DNA of 64,000 nucleotides, taken from an uncultured virus (IMG/VR IMGVR_UViG_3300006927_000005) (Duplodnaviria > Heunggongvirae > Uroviricota > Caudoviricetes). The stretch lies in the IMG/VR virus record IMGVR_UViG_3300006927_000005. One strand, written 5' to 3'. Made by a program: the position numbers and the translations under genes. Positions 11,091 through 21,995 of this stretch are shown one piece after another. The notes beneath the pieces are model-generated. The model worked only from the letters and a program-made list of their open reading frames with translations, did not search any database and was not told the DNA's origin. How positions within the stretch are numbered: position 1 is the stretch's first letter; every line of letters starts with the position of its first letter.

Positions 11091-13939
11091 AAGCTAAGTC
11101 CTTTCCTAATTTGATAATCTAGATTATTAAAAATTATACCACCGTCATTTTCCCAGCTGGCACTAAGAGAGGATGTTGATCTTGAGATTGTTGTATAAGG
11201 ATTATTATAATCTATGATACTGTTTTCAATATTTTCAGCTGATAAGGTTGTATCATATGCTGTATATGGATAAAATTCATACAATAAATCTAAACCACTA
11301 GCACCAGTTACTGTTGTATCTAATTCCCAGCCCCAGTTACTATATACATTATACGTGGAAAGTGGGTATGTAGCCGATACACCAGCTGTTGAACCATCTA
11401 CACTTTTTGCAGGTACTTGTTGAGGGTTAATTAAAATATATTCATTATTAAATTTTTGTAATGCTACAAATTTTGTATCTGCTGTTACTTCATAAGTTAA
11501 TGAAGTGATAGGAGATGTAAGATCTATATTTCTACTAGCAGCAGAGCTTGTATAATATTGTGTGTCGAAATTATCATTAACTCTATGGTAGTCACCTAAT
11601 AGTTTAGAAATTTTAATACTAAATAAGTTATATAATCTTTTTAATTCAGGTGGCGGATTAGGTGATACAAAATCAATATCTTCATTAAAAAAGTCATAGA
11701 ATGATTGTATATTTTCTATTTTACAAAAATCAATATCAGTATTATTTGAAACAAAATTAGCTGTTTTTTCAAATATAGTTTTACCGAATACAGTAGGACT
11801 CGAACTTGCTTGACCTACAAATGATGTAAAAACACCATCAAATAAATTATCATATTCATGTAAAAAGGATTGAAATCTATAGCTTTTTAATACTTGAGAG
11901 TAATCTATATCTTCGTTTATTTTATATATTTCAACATCATTAGTAGAAGGGCTTATTGTAAAGGTATATGAACCTGTTATAATGTTGTCACCTTTAACTC
12001 CAAGAGACACAGGACCATATGGTCCTGTAGGATCATAATCTATAGTGTCGTTAAACGCAGAGAGTGAAGTCAGAGCGGAAAAGTTGTTTTGCCGTCCAGT
12101 TACATTTAATGTCCATGTACCGGCGCTAACTGGATCAATGTTAAGATATAAAAAGCTGCTTAATTCTGTTTTTTCCGTTGTTGGATTATATGGTAAACTG
12201 GTAGTACTTAAACTACTTATATTGCTCGTCGATGTTGTATCTCCACTAACCCATTCAACAAAAAATTGATTACAATCAATTGTAACATCACTTACTATAC
12301 CGTCGAAATTTTCAGTGGCTTGTATGTACAATCTTTGAGGTTGAGTATTATCTGCATCAACGAGTACAATGTGAGTCTTATTTTCTGTTAACCCATCGTC
12401 ACTGTATGGTGGTGTTGGATCAGTAGTACCTAAAAATAATCTTACCCATCCTGCGGTACGATTAGATATAGTTAAAGAAACTTCATATTCTTTTCCTAAA
12501 ACCGTATTTACATCTTGATATAAATTGTTAACACCTGCAGTATGTGCAAAGTGAACAGCTCCAATACCAGCTGATAAATGCCACCCTGTAAGTGGGGTTC
12601 CATCTGCAGACGTCGTGGCAGTCCATGCGCTTAATGTGCTGGTGTGATCATAATCAAAATCTCCATTAGAGAGAGATATAAAATTACTAGTAGGCTCATG
12701 GAAAAATTGTGAAAAATATTTACCTATGTTTAATTCTTCATCTGCTAAACCGATAAATAGTTGGAATTTATCACCTTGTCTTTTATATTGTATAGCAGAC
12801 ATTTCTTTCATTCCGGTAGATGTAAAAGATAATCTTGTCGGAGATGACGGTGTTACTCTTATTGGAATACCAGCAATAGCATTAACGTTATCAGTGCTTA
12901 CTCCTGCAAAGTTTGTCTCTAAGTGATTTCTTTCGCTTAAGTTTATATCTGTAACTAAATTATCTATATAAAAGTTTTTTAATTTATGTGTACTTGTATC
13001 TAATCTAATTAATAAATTTACACGATCACTTCCAATATAATTAAGTATATCATCATAATAATAAAACTTTTCTCCGGTGTCACTAGCAGTGTGTATTGTA
13101 GCCCTATAGGTTGCTAAATCTAAACCATAAGAATTATTGAGTGCTCGCTTCGTACTTGAATAAAGTAAGAATTTATCCGCTTCAGCTTGATCTTCAGATG
13201 TTATAGGAGAAACTTGACTATTAGTATCTATGAAAAAATATTGTGGATTTAATTGATATTGTACTCCGTCAATACTATTTATAAGGTTTATATTTTTATC
13301 ATAAAATGCATTATATGGTATTAAGTGAGCATATTTATTATTAATGTCATATGGTTTTGCCTTACTACCACTAGCTGTAAAATATACGGTATGAGGTTCA
13401 TCTGGGTCAGGAACATCTTGCCAGCTTGCTGTAAGACCAACACCTAAAGATCTATCTCCTTGTATCGGTTTTTTACCAGCGGTGATAGATATTGGATCAT
13501 TTGTATCTACATCTTTTACGCTTATGCCTATTCTAGTATTTGCATAATTATATACACTTAATTGTTCTGTTAATGTATTAAGATGAGAATTACCATCTTT
13601 ATCATAAAAGAAAACCGTTACAGTATATATACCCGGTACATTATATGTGTGTGTTGCCGTAAATGCATTATCACCACTTAATGTATATCCGTCTCCAAAA
13701 TCCCATACAGATGTTGCGATTGATAGATCTATCAAAGAGCTTTGTATCGACAGTCCTGTGTCACCAATAGTGCTGAGTAGAGGGTTAAAAGTAAACTTTG
13801 ATATACGAGTAAACCCACTATGTGAACTTGCTAGAGAATGTCCAGCTACTGGAGAGGGAGAGTCCGCAGATGTGTTAACAGTAATTGATATAGGTACTGG
13901 TAGAGTAATAGGACAATTTGACTCATTTGTATCGCTCAT
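11087..13939 (-). CDS. PKD-domain baseplate-associated protein
   Basis: PKD motif WDFGDG...ATHTYNVPGIYTVTV; directly follows gp6 (gp7-like position). Confidence 0.6.
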   Translation of the reverse strand: MSDTNESNCPITLPVPISITVNTSADSPSPVAGHSLASSHSGFTRISKFTFNPLLSTIGDTGLSIQSSLIDLSIATSVWDFGDGYTLSGDNAFTATHTYNVPGIYTVTVFFYDKDGNSHLNTLTEQLSVYNYANTRIGISVKDVDTNDPISITAGKKPIQGDRSLGVGLTASWQDVPDPDEPHTVYFTASGSKAKPYDINNKYAHLIPYNAFYDKNINLINSIDGVQYQLNPQYFFIDTNSQVSPITSEDQAEADKFLLYSSTKRALNNSYGLDLATYRATIHTASDTGEKFYYYDDILNYIGSDRVNLLIRLDTSTHKLKNFYIDNLVTDINLSERNHLETNFAGVSTDNVNAIAGIPIRVTPSSPTRLSFTSTGMKEMSAIQYKRQGDKFQLFIGLADEELNIGKYFSQFFHEPTSNFISLSNGDFDYDHTSTLSAWTATTSADGTPLTGWHLSAGIGAVHFAHTAGVNNLYQDVNTVLGKEYEVSLTISNRTAGWVRLFLGTTDPTPPYSDDGLTENKTHIVLVDADNTQPQRLYIQATENFDGIVSDVTIDCNQFFVEWVSGDTTSTSNISSLSTTSLPYNPTTEKTELSSFLYLNIDPVSAGTWTLNVTGRQNNFSALTSLSAFNDTIDYDPTGPYGPVSLGVKGDNIITGSYTFTISPSTNDVEIYKINEDIDYSQVLKSYRFQSFLHEYDNLFDGVFTSFVGQASSSPTVFGKTIFEKTANFVSNNTDIDFCKIENIQSFYDFFNEDIDFVSPNPPPELKRLYNLFSIKISKLLGDYHRVNDNFDTQYYTSSAASRNIDLTSPITSLTYEVTADTKFVALQKFNNEYILINPQQVPAKSVDGSTAGVSATYPLSTYNVYSNWGWELDTTVTGASGLDLLYEFYPYTAYDTTLSAENIENSIIDYNNPYTTISRSTSSLSASWENDGGIIFNNLDYQIRKGLSL

Positions 13940-15774
13940 TAATATTCAACTATACTTTTGGTTGTTACAGTACTTGTTATTTTGATTTTATTTTTAAACG
14001 ATTGCTCGTTTTCTATATATGGTATTTGAAATGGTTTTAATTTTAATCTTGTATCAATAAATTTTATATCTCTACCATTATAAATAGGATTAAATACAGC
14101 GACAGACAATCCAGGAACTCCTTGATTTATGTCTGTTCTCCATGTTTTAAATTCTAATATACCATCTATTTTTTCAATTTCATTATTTAAAGAACGAACA
14201 TCTATAGTATCACCTAATTTTAGTCCTTTTATATAAGTCGTAATTATATTAAACACTTTAGATTTTAATTCTTCTTCATTTATTAATGTTCTTGCACTTC
14301 TAACTAAATGTAATTCTGTATAATCCTTATAGGATACCTTAGCTGATTCACTAGTAAATTTAAGACATAGATCAAAATTTAGGTATATTGGATCTATAAA
14401 TGTTATTTCACTATTAAGTAGCTTATAATCTGTAAGTTCATTTTGTATTTTTTCTTTTAATGACGGTGATAGATAATTTGACCGTGTTACAACAGATTTA
14501 TTTTTTCTTAAATTAGGTACTATGGTTAAATATATATTATTTGCATCAGAACTATCAGCATAATAATACTGATTAAATAGCGCATTTGTTTCTAAAGAGT
14601 AATCTGTTAATCCTAATTCATCATTTAAGTATTTTAAATATCTATTTGTATAATCGCTATTATTATATACTGTTACATCATAAATTAAATTTTTATAATT
14701 ACGTTGAATAAACGATTTATAATCACCCTTTGTAGTTAGTTTATATTCTGAACTAAAGAATCGAGGTGAATTTTGTTTAATCTCATCTGTAGTTTCTTCT
14801 ACGCCGAAATCAGTACTATCCTCATCGTTACTTATTGTTATATTAACCGACTCTGCCACAGTTATATAATTAAGAGAAGTATCTTTTATATCTGTAAATA
14901 TTGTATCAAATTGTGTAGTATTATATACATTTGTGGAGCTACCAGAGAAAGCATTTTTTGTTATTTTACCAGCTGGGCCGTTTGATTTTAAATAATAGAT
15001 AGCAATTGTATCATTTAAATTTAATTTCTTACCATTAACATTATTACCAAATTTTAATTCATAATTTTTATTTTCATTATATCGAACTTCAAAATGTCTG
15101 TTATTAGGTTCAGATAAAAATAAACTAGGCGCTCGATTCCATTCATACCATTTATTGTCCTCACTAACTTCTTTTACGAAAACAAAAATATTAAAGTGAT
15201 CTATTATAACGTTTGACCCAGGTAATAGATTTATTGTTTCAAACTGCTCACCTAATGGTTTAATTAACGGATATTCCACTATTGTACCTTCATATAATAG
15301 TGGAGAATCAGTAGTAGAAGAAATAGATTCAGTATCAGAGGTTATTTTTTCAAAGGTTAAGTCTTTTACGAATGTATACGTTTTACCTTGACTAGAGGAG
15401 AATGTAAATCTCGGAATTGTATAATACCCGGCTGAAAGATCGGACGTACCTTTAATTTCTATTGGTAATACGCATGATTGCTTACCAACTGGTTTATAAT
15501 CTATAAGTTTAACTATACGATTTATATTTTCATATAGACTAGCGTCATTAAAATTACTTTCTGAACTAGTTTGATTTAAGTAAAATAATAGAGTATGATA
15601 AGAGTATGCAATAATGTCAATCAGTGCAGAAACGTTACTCCCTTCAAAGTTTTGATCAGTAAAATTTATTGTGTCGTCATTATTGAGACGTTCAATAATT
15701 AGGTCGCGCAGGCTTTGAGCATCAAACCCTGTGTATGCATTTGTCGGTAATTTGAAATCTGTAAAATTAGCCAT
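13939..15774 (-). CDS. baseplate wedge subunit (T4 gp6-like)
   Basis: FTDQNFEGSNVSALIDIIAY..., YELKFGNNVNGKKL, ETTDEIKQNSPR...TKGDY motifs; follows gp25. Confidence 0.85.
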   Translation of the reverse strand: MANFTDFKLPTNAYTGFDAQSLRDLIIERLNNDDTINFTDQNFEGSNVSALIDIIAYSYHTLLFYLNQTSSESNFNDASLYENINRIVKLIDYKPVGKQSCVLPIEIKGTSDLSAGYYTIPRFTFSSSQGKTYTFVKDLTFEKITSDTESISSTTDSPLLYEGTIVEYPLIKPLGEQFETINLLPGSNVIIDHFNIFVFVKEVSEDNKWYEWNRAPSLFLSEPNNRHFEVRYNENKNYELKFGNNVNGKKLNLNDTIAIYYLKSNGPAGKITKNAFSGSSTNVYNTTQFDTIFTDIKDTSLNYITVAESVNITISNDEDSTDFGVEETTDEIKQNSPRFFSSEYKLTTKGDYKSFIQRNYKNLIYDVTVYNNSDYTNRYLKYLNDELGLTDYSLETNALFNQYYYADSSDANNIYLTIVPNLRKNKSVVTRSNYLSPSLKEKIQNELTDYKLLNSEITFIDPIYLNFDLCLKFTSESAKVSYKDYTELHLVRSARTLINEEELKSKVFNIITTYIKGLKLGDTIDVRSLNNEIEKIDGILEFKTWRTDINQGVPGLSVAVFNPIYNGRDIKFIDTRLKLKPFQIPYIENEQSFKNKIKITSTVTTKSIVEY

Positions 15775-15776
15775 GA

Positions 15777-16256
15777 TTAGTATTGAAATCCTTTCGTTGT
15801 AAGCGTACCATTAACACTCTCTACTTGATTATTTAATGAAGGTATTGTAATAGATATATCTACTACATATTCATTCCAATCTGGTCTAGCTAAAACGTCA
15901 ACACTATTTACCTTTATACGTGGTTCATACAATGGTAGCTCTTCAAGAATAGTAGTACCGATTATGTCTCCGTTTTCTTTACTAATATTATCAAATAAGT
16001 ATTGTTCAAGATCTAAACCGAAATTAGGATTAAGAATTTTCTGACCTTTCTTTGTATTAAAAACATTATGTATAGAGTTATAAATTGCTTTAGTATCGTA
16101 ATCTAATTTAAAATCTTGAGGATTTTTTGATGTTCCGGTTGGTTTAGTAGATAGTCGACTATTAAATTGTACGTCTAAGTGAATATCTGCATAAGAAAAA
16201 TTACGATAATTATCTGTATTTTTTCTTTTTTTAAATATATCAAGTTTAATAGCCAT
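15777..16256 (-). CDS. baseplate wedge subunit (gp25/GpW family)
   Basis: AIYNSIHNVFNTKKGQKILNPNFG...YEPRIKV signature. Confidence 0.9.
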   Translation of the reverse strand: MAIKLDIFKKRKNTDNYRNFSYADIHLDVQFNSRLSTKPTGTSKNPQDFKLDYDTKAIYNSIHNVFNTKKGQKILNPNFGLDLEQYLFDNISKENGDIIGTTILEELPLYEPRIKVNSVDVLARPDWNEYVVDISITIPSLNNQVESVNGTLTTKGFQY

Positions 16257-16263
16257 CTATAAT

Positions 16264-16296
16264 TATTTAATTTATAAGTGCTTAATACCATAAATA
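16264..16296. promoter_or_regulatory. divergent late promoters (gp25 operon and ORF 16303)
   Basis: TAAATA on minus (16264-16269) and on plus (16291-16296), 7 and 6 nt from the ATGs. Confidence 0.65.
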
Positions 16297-16302
16297 ATTT
16301 AA

Positions 16303-16797
16303 ATGAGTACGTTCGATACATTATTTGAAGCCCAGATCGGTCGGTTTGTAAAATCAGGTCCTATTGCGGGTGATTATGTTAAGTTTTCTGGTAATTTTAA
16401 ATCATCTGATTGGTATAAGGCTCTTGATGAAGCCCGACAGAATTATGTAAATGAAATATTAACTTTATCCGAACAAGGTAAACCTCTTATGCTGTCTACA
16501 ATTAAAAAGGCAATATATGAGACTGGAGCTACAGATTCGCAAGCACAAATAGCTGATATAGTCGTAGAGTATGCTCCTGGTTTTTATCATCAATCTTTAA
16601 CACTTCCTTTAGAACTTCTTGAATTTTCTGAGACGTGGGATGAGCATAGAGCTACTGGAAAAGATCCAACTAACGATCAAGAAGATCATACTACATTAAA
16701 ACCGAAAGAGGTTGAAAGTAAGACTATTGATGTTGGACAGCAAACTCACGTACCTGATGGTGACTATAAGTTAGGTACGGCGAATTACATGCCTTAA
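16303..16797 (+). CDS. hypothetical late protein
   Basis: 164 aa; preceded by TAAATA at 16291-16296. Confidence 0.6.
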   Translation: MSTFDTLFEAQIGRFVKSGPIAGDYVKFSGNFKSSDWYKALDEARQNYVNEILTLSEQGKPLMLSTIKKAIYETGATDSQAQIADIVVEYAPGFYHQSLTLPLELLEFSETWDEHRATGKDPTNDQEDHTTLKPKEVESKTIDVGQQTHVPDGDYKLGTANYMP

Positions 16798-17702
16798 GGG
16801 TGTAATTCGAGTATGCAAGAATAGAAGTTGATCTCTTGATCAATACATTGACTATTCTGATAAAAGTATTTAGAGATTGTAATTAGACAGTCTCTTTTTC
16901 TTTCTTCAGGTATAGAGCTTATATACATAAAATCAAATAAGCGTTTAAACAGCTCGTCATAATCATTGTTAAATAAAGCTTCATTTTCAATAATTTGCTT
17001 ACGAATCACAAAATACTTTTTTTGTTTTAATAATTCTATTAGCCCATCAAAAAAATCTTTTGTAATATTAGTAGTAGTGTTTTCTCCATCAGACAAATAA
17101 TATTTTTGTAAAGTATTAATACCTTTTCTAAAATCCGGATAACAACTATTAACAATATTTGTAAAATTTTCTTTGTTAATTTTTATCTCTTCAGCTTTAA
17201 CAATAGATATTAATTTAGTTAAGTATTCATTTTTATCATAATTAATATCAAATATTTGACATCTACTTTGTAGAGCTGGAATAATCTTATGTTTATAATT
17301 TGCTGTAAGTATGAATCTTGTTAAGTCATGATATTCTTCTATCGAGTTGCGTAGCGCTTTTTGCGCATCAATAGATAATCCATCGCACTCGTCAAGTACT
17401 ATAACCTTAATTTGCCCAAAGAGACTCTTTGTCTGCGCGAAGTTTAAAACTTTTGTACGGATTGTATCTATACCGTTTTCATCTGATGCATTGATATAGA
17501 GATATTGACACTTAAGAATATCTTTAACAATAATTTTAGCTAGAGAAGTTTTTCCAATACCAGGCTTACCTACAAATAAAACATTAGGTATATTTTTATC
17601 TTGTTGTACTTTATTAAAATAGTTTTTAGTGCTTTTGTCTAAAACTATTTCATCTAAAGTACTTGGTCGATACTTTTCGCACCAAATATCAGAAATTGTC
17701 AT
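16794..17702 (-). CDS. clamp loader ATPase subunit (gp44/RFC small subunit-like)
   Basis: WCEKYRP, Walker A GKPGIGKTS, INASDENG, LDECD, LQSRC. Confidence 0.93.
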   Translation of the reverse strand: MTISDIWCEKYRPSTLDEIVLDKSTKNYFNKVQQDKNIPNVLFVGKPGIGKTSLAKIIVKDILKCQYLYINASDENGIDTIRTKVLNFAQTKSLFGQIKVIVLDECDGLSIDAQKALRNSIEEYHDLTRFILTANYKHKIIPALQSRCQIFDINYDKNEYLTKLISIVKAEEIKINKENFTNIVNSCYPDFRKGINTLQKYYLSDGENTTTNITKDFFDGLIELLKQKKYFVIRKQIIENEALFNNDYDELFKRLFDFMYISSIPEERKRDCLITISKYFYQNSQCIDQEINFYSCILELHP

Positions 17703-17890
17703 TGTATGGAATGTATTATCTGATGGACTTCTGCATTTTTAATCCAATCATTATTAACACTCTCATCCATTTGTAATTGCTTAAATGCCTTTTCTTCTGC
17801 TTGAAGGACATTTTGAGCTCTGACTGTATACTCTCGGTATTGAAAGGGTATAGATTTACCGGGAGATTTAAATTCTACTTCGTAAGTCAT
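17699..17890 (-). CDS. hypothetical protein
   Basis: 63 aa, overlaps the clamp loader start (ATGA). Confidence 0.6.
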   Translation of the reverse strand: MTYEVEFKSPGKSIPFQYREYTVRAQNVLQAEEKAFKQLQMDESVNNDWIKNAEVHQIIHSIQ

Positions 17891-17895
17891 AATAA

Positions 17896-18381
17896 TTATC
17901 CAGTGGATCCAAATCCATCTTCACCTCGCTCAGTGTCGTCGATTTTATCTGTTTCGGAAATTGTTGCTGTAATATGAGGATATAATACTAATTGAGCAAT
18001 TCTGCTACCTTTGTTTAAAGTTATGTTTACGTCGCTAAAATTATATAATTTAACACCTAGATCACCTCTATAACCATTATCGATAATACCTAAATGTGGT
18101 TGAATGTTATGTTTAAATCCTAAGCCACTTCTAGGTTCTACTCGAAACCAATACCCGGGTGTAATATATGCTAATGTTAGGCCTACAGGTACAACTATAG
18201 ATCCTCGTCCTGGTACTCGAACTTCCTCTACACTATACACATCATATCCAGAATCACTGTCATGAGCTCTATGTGGTAGTTTGGCGTCAGGATGAGTTTT
18301 TACTACTTTGAGTTCAATCTCATTATAAGATATATTTGTACTAGTAAGTGCCTCGTACTGCAATGGCTGAAAATCGTCCAT
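17896..18381 (-). CDS. dut: trimeric dUTPase
   Basis: SGYD, PRSGLG, GIIDNGYRG, RIAQL, RGEDGFGSTG motifs. Confidence 0.95.
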   Translation of the reverse strand: MDDFQPLQYEALTSTNISYNEIELKVVKTHPDAKLPHRAHDSDSGYDVYSVEEVRVPGRGSIVVPVGLTLAYITPGYWFRVEPRSGLGFKHNIQPHLGIIDNGYRGDLGVKLYNFSDVNITLNKGSRIAQLVLYPHITATISETDKIDDTERGEDGFGSTG

Positions 18382-18387
18382 ACAATG

Positions 18388-18415
18388 AATATAGTATATA
18401 ATTTAGATTTTTCAA
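18388..18415 (-). promoter_or_regulatory. sigma70-like promoter of the dut/clamp loader operon
   Basis: TTGAAA-N16-TATATT-N6-ATG. Confidence 0.5.
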
Positions 18416-18427
18416 GTAAATACTTTT

Positions 18428-18907
18428 ATGGATGACATTGATCCAGCAGATTTAATATCGCAATTAAAAACTGTACCAAAAGCTAGTAGAGAGTTAGCAC
18501 AACAGTCAGAGAGATTTAATATTTCTAAAGATGAAGTTGAAGATTTTATTATACAAAAATCATCTAAATTAATTCAAGATTCTTTAGAGTTAATAGATAA
18601 TATGAAAGAGGTGGTTCATCATATGCCTGAAGCAGAAAATGTCTCTTCTCTTGCCGAACTTATTAAAGCTTCAACTGGTGCTATTGAAACATTAAATAAA
18701 TTAGTTGTTCAGGATAAAAGATCTAATACTACTATAAAGGCGAAACAGTTAGATATAGATTCTAAAAAAGAACTTCAAAACGCTGATCAACAGCATGCAT
18801 TAATGTTGAGTAGAGATGAAGTTCTTGATCGTTTATTGAAAGATTCAAAGATAATTAATGTAGAATTGGATGTAAAGGAACCTGATAGGATAGAAAAAAC
18901 TACCTAA
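18428..18907 (+). CDS. putative terminase small subunit (gp16-like)
   Basis: Helical pattern SSLAELIKASTGAIETLNKL...ALMLSRDEVLDRLLK resembles T4-like small terminases; TAAATA 5 nt upstream. Confidence 0.45.
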   Translation: MDDIDPADLISQLKTVPKASRELAQQSERFNISKDEVEDFIIQKSSKLIQDSLELIDNMKEVVHHMPEAENVSSLAELIKASTGAIETLNKLVVQDKRSNTTIKAKQLDIDSKKELQNADQQHALMLSRDEVLDRLLKDSKIINVELDVKEPDRIEKTT

Positions 18908-19979
18908 GAATATCTATATTAAATGGTCTTTGAAGAGTTTGTATTTTGTTTAATAAGATATCTACTTCTTCTTTAGAGTTTTCTATTACTACTTCATGAA
19001 CCCCGGGTACTATTTTTTGAATATTATTTAATTTATTCATCGTAAGCCACGATAAAACGGTATAGGTTCCACCTAATACATTAGCAATATTTTCATTAAT
19101 TTCAGGCTGATTTTTCTTTAATCTTTCATAATGGTAATGATCGGTAACTAAATTTTCTTTATGAGCATCTCCAGCAACTTCTCCTGTTTTAATTATTTGT
19201 TGCATGTTTCGTTTAAATAAAGATTCAACTCGATTGCTTAATTGAACAATATTTGTTCGGGTTTCCATTTCTAATTTATCATCAATGATACTATTATAAG
19301 GTAGAGGAGTCGTATCCTGCATAAATTCATCTGCATAGTGTGTGTATCTACTTTGAGGGTATTGCCATTGATAAAATAAAAAACCTACACTTTCAGATAT
19401 TTCTTGTAAAATAGTATCTTCTATAGACAGTCTTTCTGATAATATTTCTTTTACTTTTAAGTGACATTTACGGTACTTATCTAACCACCATGCAATAAAT
19501 TCACCGTTTTTATCTTCATTTGCTATATCAAAGCTATTTGAAATTTTATTTATTTTTTCGTTTACATTCGTAGAATCATCTTCAGTCAGAGGAATTTTGT
19601 TCCCTTTTACAGTTAATGCAACTAAGCCTAATTCTTTGTCCTGAAATACAATTGGGTTTTCACCGTCATCCATTCGCAGAGAATCTCCAGCGGCAATTTC
19701 AATCTCTTTTCTTTTAAGGTATTTTGTTGCTTTGGGAGATTTCGCAAATTTTTGTAAGTCTAAATTTGCATTTGCTATACCTTCCCAAAAGTCTGCTTCT
19801 CTAGTAATAGGATCCGATTCATATTTTAAACTATCATAATATTTTGATAATGCTACAAAATTAATATATTTTTTAATTATAGAGCTAAAATTTGTAGATG
19901 CGATATGAAAGTCTACTGAATTAGTTAATCGAGTATTTACTATATCTGGTTCGCCCGTTTTTGATGGTATTGCGCTCAT
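18900..19979 (-). CDS. hypothetical protein (baseplate region)
   Basis: ORF track starts at 20021, but the ATG at 19979 sits 1 nt after the upstream stop and is the likelier start. Confidence 0.55.
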   Translation of the reverse strand: MSAIPSKTGEPDIVNTRLTNSVDFHIASTNFSSIIKKYINFVALSKYYDSLKYESDPITREADFWEGIANANLDLQKFAKSPKATKYLKRKEIEIAAGDSLRMDDGENPIVFQDKELGLVALTVKGNKIPLTEDDSTNVNEKINKISNSFDIANEDKNGEFIAWWLDKYRKCHLKVKEILSERLSIEDTILQEISESVGFLFYQWQYPQSRYTHYADEFMQDTTPLPYNSIIDDKLEMETRTNIVQLSNRVESLFKRNMQQIIKTGEVAGDAHKENLVTDHYHYERLKKNQPEINENIANVLGGTYTVLSWLTMNKLNNIQKIVPGVHEVVIENSKEEVDILLNKIQTLQRPFNIDILR

Positions 19980-19980
19980 A

Positions 19981-21627
19981 TTAACTAGCACCGGCAGCGC
20001 GTGTACCGTGTCCCCTTTCAAATTTATCTATCTTACTACATACTAGTTTTGTATTAAATTCTCCTTGTTGTAAAGTTGTTATGTTTCGAAGAATAAACCA
20101 AAACCCAGGGACATCTTCCATAAATTTATCTATTTTCTCACCTCCAACTTCTATACCTATAAATTTACCTCCGGTCATCATCCAATTATTTTTACTACCA
20201 ACTCCAGTGAGATTTAATGTTACTTTATCAGAGTTATCTAATATTTTTTGTTGTAACATAATTTTTCCATAGTTATTATCTTCATCTGCTGCAGTATGTA
20301 AGTTAAAAAATCTCTTTTTATTAGGTTTAGTGAGATCAGTTTTATTAACATTTGGAGTGAGCTCACCGTCGTTTGAGTTTGCATCTGGAAATGCTGTCAT
20401 ATAGATTGAAAAATTTTTATTAAAATCTTCAACACTACCATTTTTATTGTTTAATTTAAATAATTTACTACCGACGTCATATGAGGCTATAGTGTGATCT
20501 ACTATTTGATTCGTAGCAGTGTCAGGTTGTTTTTTATGAAAAGTTACATTCTCTATATTTACTGGAACTAGAAGATTTTGTATACTAGGATCTGAAAATA
20601 TAGAATGAGATTGTCTTTTACTATAATGCATTCTTATATCATCTGTTTCTATTTTTACAATACCAGCAAATTTTCTTTTAAAGTTCGTCATTGACCAATC
20701 TTGACCAACTGTGTTAAGATCAATAGCATCATTAATTATATTAGTGAGAGATCTTAAGCTAAACATTCCGTTATAATATAATAAAATACCCATATCACCA
20801 TGTATTTTAGAGACATACTTTGACATTAAATCAAACAACCCAACAATAGGGGGTGTGTTTTGAGGTAAAGTATACATTATTTTTGAAGAACTTTCATCCC
20901 ATTCTTGTTCATTAATAACAGCATCTTTAAAAGGTGAAACGTCCAGTTCCTGTTCAGTGTAATTACCGGATCGTTCGCAAAACCTTTGTAATAAATGTTT
21001 TATAGCATCACTAACTTTTATACCGCATTGATCTCGACTAAATTGAGCGACGCCTTCTGATATTGCAACGTCAAGTGCTTCGTATGGGTTGTTCTCATCT
21101 GCGCCCCATTCTGAATGATTTGGTCCCCAACTAACATAGTCATTAGTACTCCATGGAAACCTCTGATACATTAAAGATGCATATTCAACATCTGCAAAAT
21201 AATATGTTATTGTTTTTTCATTACTATCTAAACCTTCGACAGCATTTTTAGTTATATATATTTTATCAACTAAAACCTCTCTTTGACATCTTGTTGCAGT
21301 AGATTGTTGTTCGATTTTTATATGTAGAAACTCTCCACCTGTAGCAATATTTTCATATTCACCTTCAAAAATTTCTTTTTTTCGGGTACCGATTTTAATT
21401 GGGATTGGCGTTTTGTCAGAAAGTAATTGCAAGCTTCCAATTACAAATGGAGATTTATAAGTAGAGTCAAATGTTATTTTTTTAAATTCTGGTTTTCTAA
21501 CATTCTTTTTCTGAGCTTTTTCATTTACAAATACTATAGATATAAAAAAGTCTGTAGCGTTAGAACTAATATCGAAGAATTCTTCGATCGTTTCATCTTG
21601 TATATCTTGTAAAGCTGGTTTCGCCAT
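19981..21627 (-). CDS. putative baseplate hub protein (gp27-like)
   Basis: 548 aa downstream of gp53; C-terminal GFWFILRNITT..FNTKLVCSK resembles hub protein ends; mainly synteny. Confidence 0.4.
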   Translation of the reverse strand: MAKPALQDIQDETIEEFFDISSNATDFFISIVFVNEKAQKKNVRKPEFKKITFDSTYKSPFVIGSLQLLSDKTPIPIKIGTRKKEIFEGEYENIATGGEFLHIKIEQQSTATRCQREVLVDKIYITKNAVEGLDSNEKTITYYFADVEYASLMYQRFPWSTNDYVSWGPNHSEWGADENNPYEALDVAISEGVAQFSRDQCGIKVSDAIKHLLQRFCERSGNYTEQELDVSPFKDAVINEQEWDESSSKIMYTLPQNTPPIVGLFDLMSKYVSKIHGDMGILLYYNGMFSLRSLTNIINDAIDLNTVGQDWSMTNFKRKFAGIVKIETDDIRMHYSKRQSHSIFSDPSIQNLLVPVNIENVTFHKKQPDTATNQIVDHTIASYDVGSKLFKLNNKNGSVEDFNKNFSIYMTAFPDANSNDGELTPNVNKTDLTKPNKKRFFNLHTAADEDNNYGKIMLQQKILDNSDKVTLNLTGVGSKNNWMMTGGKFIGIEVGGEKIDKFMEDVPGFWFILRNITTLQQGEFNTKLVCSKIDKFERGHGTRAAGAS

Positions 21628-21629
21628 TA

Positions 21630-21995
21630 TTATACTTGTTGGTTAATTTCAGATAATATTCTATTTACATATGTTGGTTTTATGACTGTATACTTGTCAC
21701 CGGTGACTGGATTATTAACTGGATTTTGTATATTATTAGCAAGACATATTAACCACCATAAATTCTGATTTCCGTATACTTGATTTGAAAATGATGTCCA
21801 TGGCATATTAGCTGTAACTCTTACTTCGAAAAATATTTGTGGATTGAGATCATCAGGAAATGATATCTTTTTAATTATATTATAAAAAAAATATTTATCT
21901 GAACGAGCCATTTTAAAAATGTTCTCATATCTAGTATCTTCTAGAGATGCTAACTCTGCTATATTATTGCGAGTAAGTTGTAAATCGGCGATCAT
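21630..21995 (-). CDS. baseplate wedge protein (gp53-like, LysM-related)
   Basis: SNQVYGNQNLWWLICLANNIQNP motif. Confidence 0.8.
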   Translation of the reverse strand: MIADLQLTRNNIAELASLEDTRYENIFKMARSDKYFFYNIIKKISFPDDLNPQIFFEVRVTANMPWTSFSNQVYGNQNLWWLICLANNIQNPVNNPVTGDKYTVIKPTYVNRILSEINQQV

